From: Macrostomum hystrix | Taxonomy: Eukaryota > Animalia > Platyhelminthes | DNA: 64,000 bases | Assembly (NCBI GenBank): GCA_950097015.1 | Contig: CATNEN010000034.1 | Location: forward strand, 4,154,001-4,218,000 | Direction: 5' to 3' | Shown here: positions 59,895 through 64,000 of the stretch, in pieces | Layout of the letters: the number at the start of each line of letters is the position of its first letter | How positions within the stretch are numbered: position 1 is the first letter of the stretch | Notes under the pieces: generated by a model | What the model saw: the letters and a program-made list of their open reading frames with translations, nothing else | Database searches by the model: none | What the model was told of the DNA's origin: nothing | Program-made: the position numbers and the translations under genes

Positions 59895-60136
59895 TTGACA
59901 ATGCTTGCGCATATGCTTGAAAACTGACAATGAACTATTGACCATATTGAATGCGTGCGTGGGCGCATACGGCACTCAGGCTAGAGTGAGTAGGATTGCG
60001 TATTGAGTTGTCAACGTGCATTATTAAGCAACGTGCAAGTAGGAGATGAACTCTATAAATATAATGTGAGCGAGACTTGTGTCTCTGAGCGTGAAACTTC
60101 AATCAACAAAACTCTTGTGTCAATTAGAACACAACA
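59887..60136 (+). repeat. 3' LTR of element B
   Basis: Direct repeat of 55699-55948. Confidence 0.96.
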
Positions 60137-62603
60137 GTCAGGAACTTGGAAAACTGGTCCTGCATCACCAGCAGGTAGCTGTTGCCTCGATCTGATGTCG
60201 GCACCTTCAGCACGTCGACCGCCACCGTCTGCCAGGGCTTGCCGATCGGCATCTCACCGAGTGGGGCTGCGGGCCGGTGCTGCGCCTTTTTCAGCTGGCA
60301 GGTCTGGCACTCCTGACAGAAACTCACCGCGTCGCTCTGCAGCCCAGGCCAGTACGCAGTCTGCTTCAGAGTGTCGGCCATTTTCTCCGGTCCGAAATGG
60401 CCGCCGATGCCCTCGTGGAAGTCAGTCAGGAACTGGCGCTGCAGCAACTCCGGGATCACAGGGACTTCTCTCGGCCCCGCAGCATCATTGAAAACCCGGC
60501 AGAGAAGACGGTCTTGAATTCGTAACTTCCGCCAGATACGGCTGAGGTGTCGCAGTCTGCTGTCGGACCATCTTGGCCGAGTCCCGCTGTCGTTCTGCAG
60601 GGCATCGATGACTAGCTGAAGCTTCGGATCAGCCCTCTGCGCCTGTCGCAACTCCCGGTTGGACACCTGCGGCTGCAGCTCCGTTGCCGACGACGCTCCG
60701 ATCGTTTCGCAGTGGCCCTCGTGCATCCTCGACAGGCCGTCCGCCTCCACGTTGTCGACGCCCTTGGTGTACTTGATGGTAAAGGCGAATTCCTGCAGCA
60801 GCAACCGCCAGCGCCCGAGCCGGCCGTGGCTGTCGACCCGCTGGGAATTAAGAAACGTGAGCGGGCAGTGGTCGATGAAGACCGTGAAATGCCGACCGAG
60901 CAGGTAGTGGCGGTAAGTCTTCAGCGCGTGCAGGATCGCCAGGCACTCCTTCTCGACGGTTGAATAGCCCTTCTCCGGAGCCGTGAGTGCTCTGCTGCAG
61001 TACTCTATCACCTGGTCGCCTTGCTTGAGCACTATTCCGACTCCGGTGTTGCTGGCATCCGTGTAGAGCTGGAACTCCTTGGAAAAATCCGGGTGGCCGA
61101 TGATCGGCGGCTGCTGAAGGGCCTCTTTGAGCCGTCGAAATGCCGTGCCGCACTCGTCAGTTCACTCGAACTTCTCCGTCTTGCTTGTCAGTCTGTGCAG
61201 CGGTCCGGCGATATCGGAGAAGCTCGGCACGTACTTCCTGTACTGGTTGCAAAGGCCTAGGAACTGCCGCACCTGCGTTGGGGACTGCGGCTCCGGCCAC
61301 TCTTGGATGGCGCGCACCTTCTCGGGACTCACAGTGGCACCCTTGGCAGAGAACACGGTGCCGAGAAACGTGACCTCCGGCAGGCCCAGCTGGCACTTGC
61401 TGCCCCTGACTGTGAGCCCGGCGCCTCTGATCTTCTCGAACACTTCTCGTAGGTGCTGTAGATGTTCGGCATTCGACTTGGAGAAGCACAGCGTGTCATC
61501 CATGTAGGTGAAGGTTTGCTCGGCGCCTTTGAACACGCGGTTCATCAGGATGGTGAATGAGCTCGGGCCGCCGCAGACGCCCTGCGGCATCCTCTTGAAC
61601 TGATACAGCGGCATGCCGGGCCCAGGGTTGAAAGCTGTCTTCTGCCTGTCTTCCGTCTTCATCGGGATTTGGAAGTAGCCGCCGTTCAGATCAATCACCG
61701 AGAAGATCTCGTTGCCAGCCAGCTTGTCCTTGACAAAGTCCATCTGCGGAATGCCCTGCGCCGACCGCACCGTCTTCTTGTTCAGCTCGCGGTAGTCGAT
61801 CGTCAGCCGCAGGTCTCCGTTCTTCTTCCGAACGTACACGCCACGTACGGGCTGTCCGACTCCTCGATGATGTCGTTGTCCAGCAGCTCCTGAATGAGCT
61901 TGTTCACCTCGGGTTCCCAGTGCACCGGCAGCTTCCTTGGAGGAATCCGCACCGGAACATCGTCGATCAGGGGGATGCTGTGCTCGTGGCGATCTGTCAG
62001 TCCCGGCCGCCTGGAGAAGATGTCGCTGAACTCGTGCACCAGGGCTCGGATGTCCGGGTCCTTTACGACAGGCAGGTCGACCTCTTTCGTGCTGAAATCC
62101 GGCACGAGCTTCTCTTCGAGGTCCTCCAGCTGACTGTCTGCATCGAGATGGCTCACGCCGTCCATCACGCACGAGCTCTTTGGTGGTGCCTCTGCGCTGT
62201 CGCTGAAGTCCAGGCACATGTTGCTGGCCTTGATGAAGTCCAGCCCGATGATGACGGCAGCCACCAGGCCTTCCGACACGTAGAACGGGTGCTGCCGCTC
62301 GATGCTGCCGAGCGACACCGCCAGGCTGGCCACCTGCCGCACCGGCACCGCCTGCTGGTTGACTGCCCGCAGTTCCAGGTGGACGCTTTCCAACTGAACT
62401 CGCTGCATGCTCTGAAGGACCTGCTTGTCCACGATTGATACCTGGCTGCCCGAGTCGATCAGCGCCATGACGTCCGCACCTCCGATCTTGCACTGCAGCT
62501 TGGATGTTGCCGGGTTCGGTCTGATGACGACTGCTGCTGCGCTGCTGCCTGCTGTGCCTGCGCCGCCCCCCTCTGCGCCCCGGAACAATCCACTCACGCT
62601 GGG

Positions 62604-62660
62604 GCCCGCGCTCAGAACTGGCCAGGGTTGCGGGCTCCGCCCCGGCCGTTGCCGTTTCCC
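62604..62660 (-). promoter_or_regulatory. -1 ribosomal frameshift signal: slippery G GGA AAC plus H-type pseudoknot
   Basis: Heptamer at 62660-62654 in the gag frame; pol is in the -1 frame; stems GGCCGGGG/CCCUGGCC and GCCCGC/GCGGGC after a 6-nt spacer. Confidence 0.85.
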
Positions 62661-63403
62661 GACGGCTTCTTGCAGTTTCTGGCGAGGTGGCCGCGTTGGT
62701 TGCAGTTCCAGCAGGTTACCTCGCGCTGTCTCCTCGCACTGCGAACCGCGCAGGAGTCGGAAGCCTCCGAGCCCAGCTTCGCTGCCAGGTCTTGGACCGT
62801 CGCCTGCAGTGAGCTGACCGCGGCCCTCAGATCTGCGGTCTCGGTGCTGCCGCAAGTAGTTCCGGCTGCCGCCGCGAGGGGCGGCCGGCTTCCATCCGTG
62901 GTGGCAGAAGGCAGCTCCAGTAGCAGCTGTGCCCGCGCAAGAGCGTCGCTTACCGTCTTGACTGACGCATCGGCTCTGATTTGCCTGCTGACATCCGCTG
63001 GCAGTCCGCGGATGAAGTGATGGGTCAGCATGGTGTCTGTGGCGTCCTTGTTGCTCACGCCAGCGTCCTTGAGCAGCTGCTTCAGGTGATAGAGAAACAG
63101 CCGAGGAGGTTCCCCAGGCAGCAGCTTCCGGCTCTCAAATGCCTCCAGCGCTGAGAAGTGCTGGCTTTCTGGGTGAAATGCCTCGGTCAATGCTTGGGTC
63201 ACCTGACTGTAGTCGCTCTTATCCTTGTCGCCGAGCTCAAGGAAGACCGCCAGAGCCTCGCCATCCAGAAACGTTGGCAGATGCAAGTGCTTATCATTTG
63301 TCCACTTGTTGGCTGCCGCACACAGCTCAAACCGCTGCAGCCACTCCTTAAAGTTTCCAGAGCTTAAAGTTCTCGGAATCGCGCGATGACTGCCCTCTGC
63401 CAT
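62612..63403 (-). CDS. gag of element A with CCHC zinc knuckle
   Basis: ATG at 63403 just after the PBS; FKEWLQRFELCAAANKW; CWNCNQRGHLARNC. Confidence 0.92.
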   Translation of the reverse strand: MAEGSHRAIPRTLSSGNFKEWLQRFELCAAANKWTNDKHLHLPTFLDGEALAVFLELGDKDKSDYSQVTQALTEAFHPESQHFSALEAFESRKLLPGEPPRLFLYHLKQLLKDAGVSNKDATDTMLTHHFIRGLPADVSRQIRADASVKTVSDALARAQLLLELPSATTDGSRPPLAAAAGTTCGSTETADLRAAVSSLQATVQDLAAKLGSEASDSCAVRSARRQREVTCWNCNQRGHLARNCKKPSGNGNGRGGARNPGQF

Positions 63404-63408
63404 TCTGA

Positions 63409-63420
63409 GCTCTGCTACCA
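63409..63420 (-). other. Primer-binding site of element A (TGGTAGCAGAGC), initiator tRNA-Met
   Basis: 2 nt inside the 5' LTR; complementary to the GCTCTGCTACCA 3' end of invertebrate tRNAi-Met. Confidence 0.85.
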
Positions 63421-63422
63421 CT

Positions 63423-63654
63423 TGTAACACGCGGTATTTGGCGGTGTGAAACCAGATTCTACGAAGGCCCCGTGAGGCCGTGCTTGTTGTATTTATGTCA
63501 GTTGCGATTACGTAATCAGCGATGTACAGTAAATGAACGATGTTAAACGAACGAACAGTAAATACGATAGAATGATTCAGCAAATTATTAGAAATATTCC
63601 TACAATGTTACCATTCAAAAACTGCCTCAAAGGCCAGGAATAAAAACCATTACA
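63423..63654 (-). repeat. 5' LTR of element A
   Basis: Direct repeat of 54505-54736. Confidence 0.95.
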
Positions 63655-64000
63655 CATGTGCGATGTGAGTCACACCCAGAGGCTGAGTGGTGGCACATGT
63701 GCAATGTGAGTCACACCCAGAGGCTGAGTGGTGGTACATGTGCAATGTGAGTCACACCCAGAGGCTGAGTGGTGGCACATGTGCAATGTGAGTCACACCC
63801 AGAGGCTGAGTGGTGGTACATGTGCAATGTGAGTCACACCCAGAGGCTGAGTGGTGGTACATGTGCAATGTGAGTCACACCCAGAGGCTGAGTGGTGGTA
63901 CATGTGCAATGTGAGTCACACCCAGAGGCTGAGTGGTGGTACATGTGCAATGTGAGTCACACCCAGAGGCTGAGTGGTGGTACATGTGCAATGTGAGTCA
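63655..64000. repeat. 41-bp satellite, right part, runs off window end
   Basis: Same unit as 54027-54504, resuming in register after the TSD. Confidence 0.96.

Larger units (their letters stand above)
55699..60136 (+). mobile_element. Ty3/Gypsy LTR retrotransposon B (Mag-like), 4438 bp, nested in the integrase of A
   Basis: 250-bp LTRs 55699-55948 and 59887-60136 (TGTTGTG...CACAACA, 1 mismatch); 5-bp TSD GTCAG (55694-55698, 60137-60141); PBS TGGCGACGAG; PPT agaaggagggagaa. Confidence 0.97.
54852..62660 (-). pseudogene. pol of element A (protease DSG, RT YMDD, RNase H TDAS, integrase HHCC/DDE), disrupted
   Basis: Frameshift near 61840 (SPY..VYVRKKNG), in-frame TGA at 61162-61164 where W is expected, element B inserted in integrase (KFLT|AVPM), frameshift near 55620 (FG..VIHSDQG). 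Confidence 0.92.
54505..63654 (-). mobile_element. Ty3/Gypsy LTR retrotransposon A (about 4707 bp without the nested insert), inactivated
   Basis: 232-bp LTRs 54505-54736 and 63423-63654 (TGTAA...TTACA, 2 mismatches); 4-bp TSD CATG (54501-54504, 63655-63658); PBS next to the right LTR, PPT next to the left LTR; gag-PR-RT-RH-IN order. Confidence 0.96.

Noticed and set aside
60003-60491. ORF sharing its first 45 aa with the 1359-aa ORF
   Set aside because: The shared part is LTR sequence duplicated at both ends of element B, not a second gene.
1-64000. CRISPR-like arrays
   Set aside because: The repeats are head-to-tail with no unique spacers, there are no cas genes, and the DNA is eukaryotic.

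Overview
This is eukaryotic (metazoan invertebrate) genomic DNA, not prokaryotic. Spliced GT-AG genes with GC-rich exons sit in a landscape of more than 30 different mini/microsatellite arrays. The style resembles the flatworm Macrostomum, but that is an inference and was not verified. Most long ORFs in the supplied track are artefacts of tandem repeats. Genes reconstructed by hand with phase-consistent splice sites: (1) the 3' end of a GRK4/5/6-type (Gprk2-like) kinase on +; (2) a complete 8-exon nicotinic acetylcholine receptor alpha subunit on - (23117->13205); (3) a complete 10-coding-exon brahma/SMARCA2/4 SWI/SNF ATPase on - (38810->25444); (4) a single-exon rhodopsin-type GPCR on + (45807-46805); (5) a 4-exon secreted protein with PAN-like and LamG-like regions on - (52678->50976). 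Mobile DNA comprises two tRNA-derived SINE families (9 copies) and a nested pair of Ty3/Gypsy LTR retrotransposons. A nearly intact 4.4-kb element sits in the integrase of an inactivated 4.7-kb element, which itself sits in a 41-bp satellite. The most notable observations are: a sharply bounded 1.26-kb CpG desert with a CpG-decayed SINE at the 5' end of brahma; a slippery site plus pseudoknot for gag-pol frameshifting; a 21-nt in-frame scar in the RNase H site of an otherwise intact element; about 43 tandem decoy 3' splice sites in a brahma intron; intron-private minisatellites; and a strand bias of SINEs.
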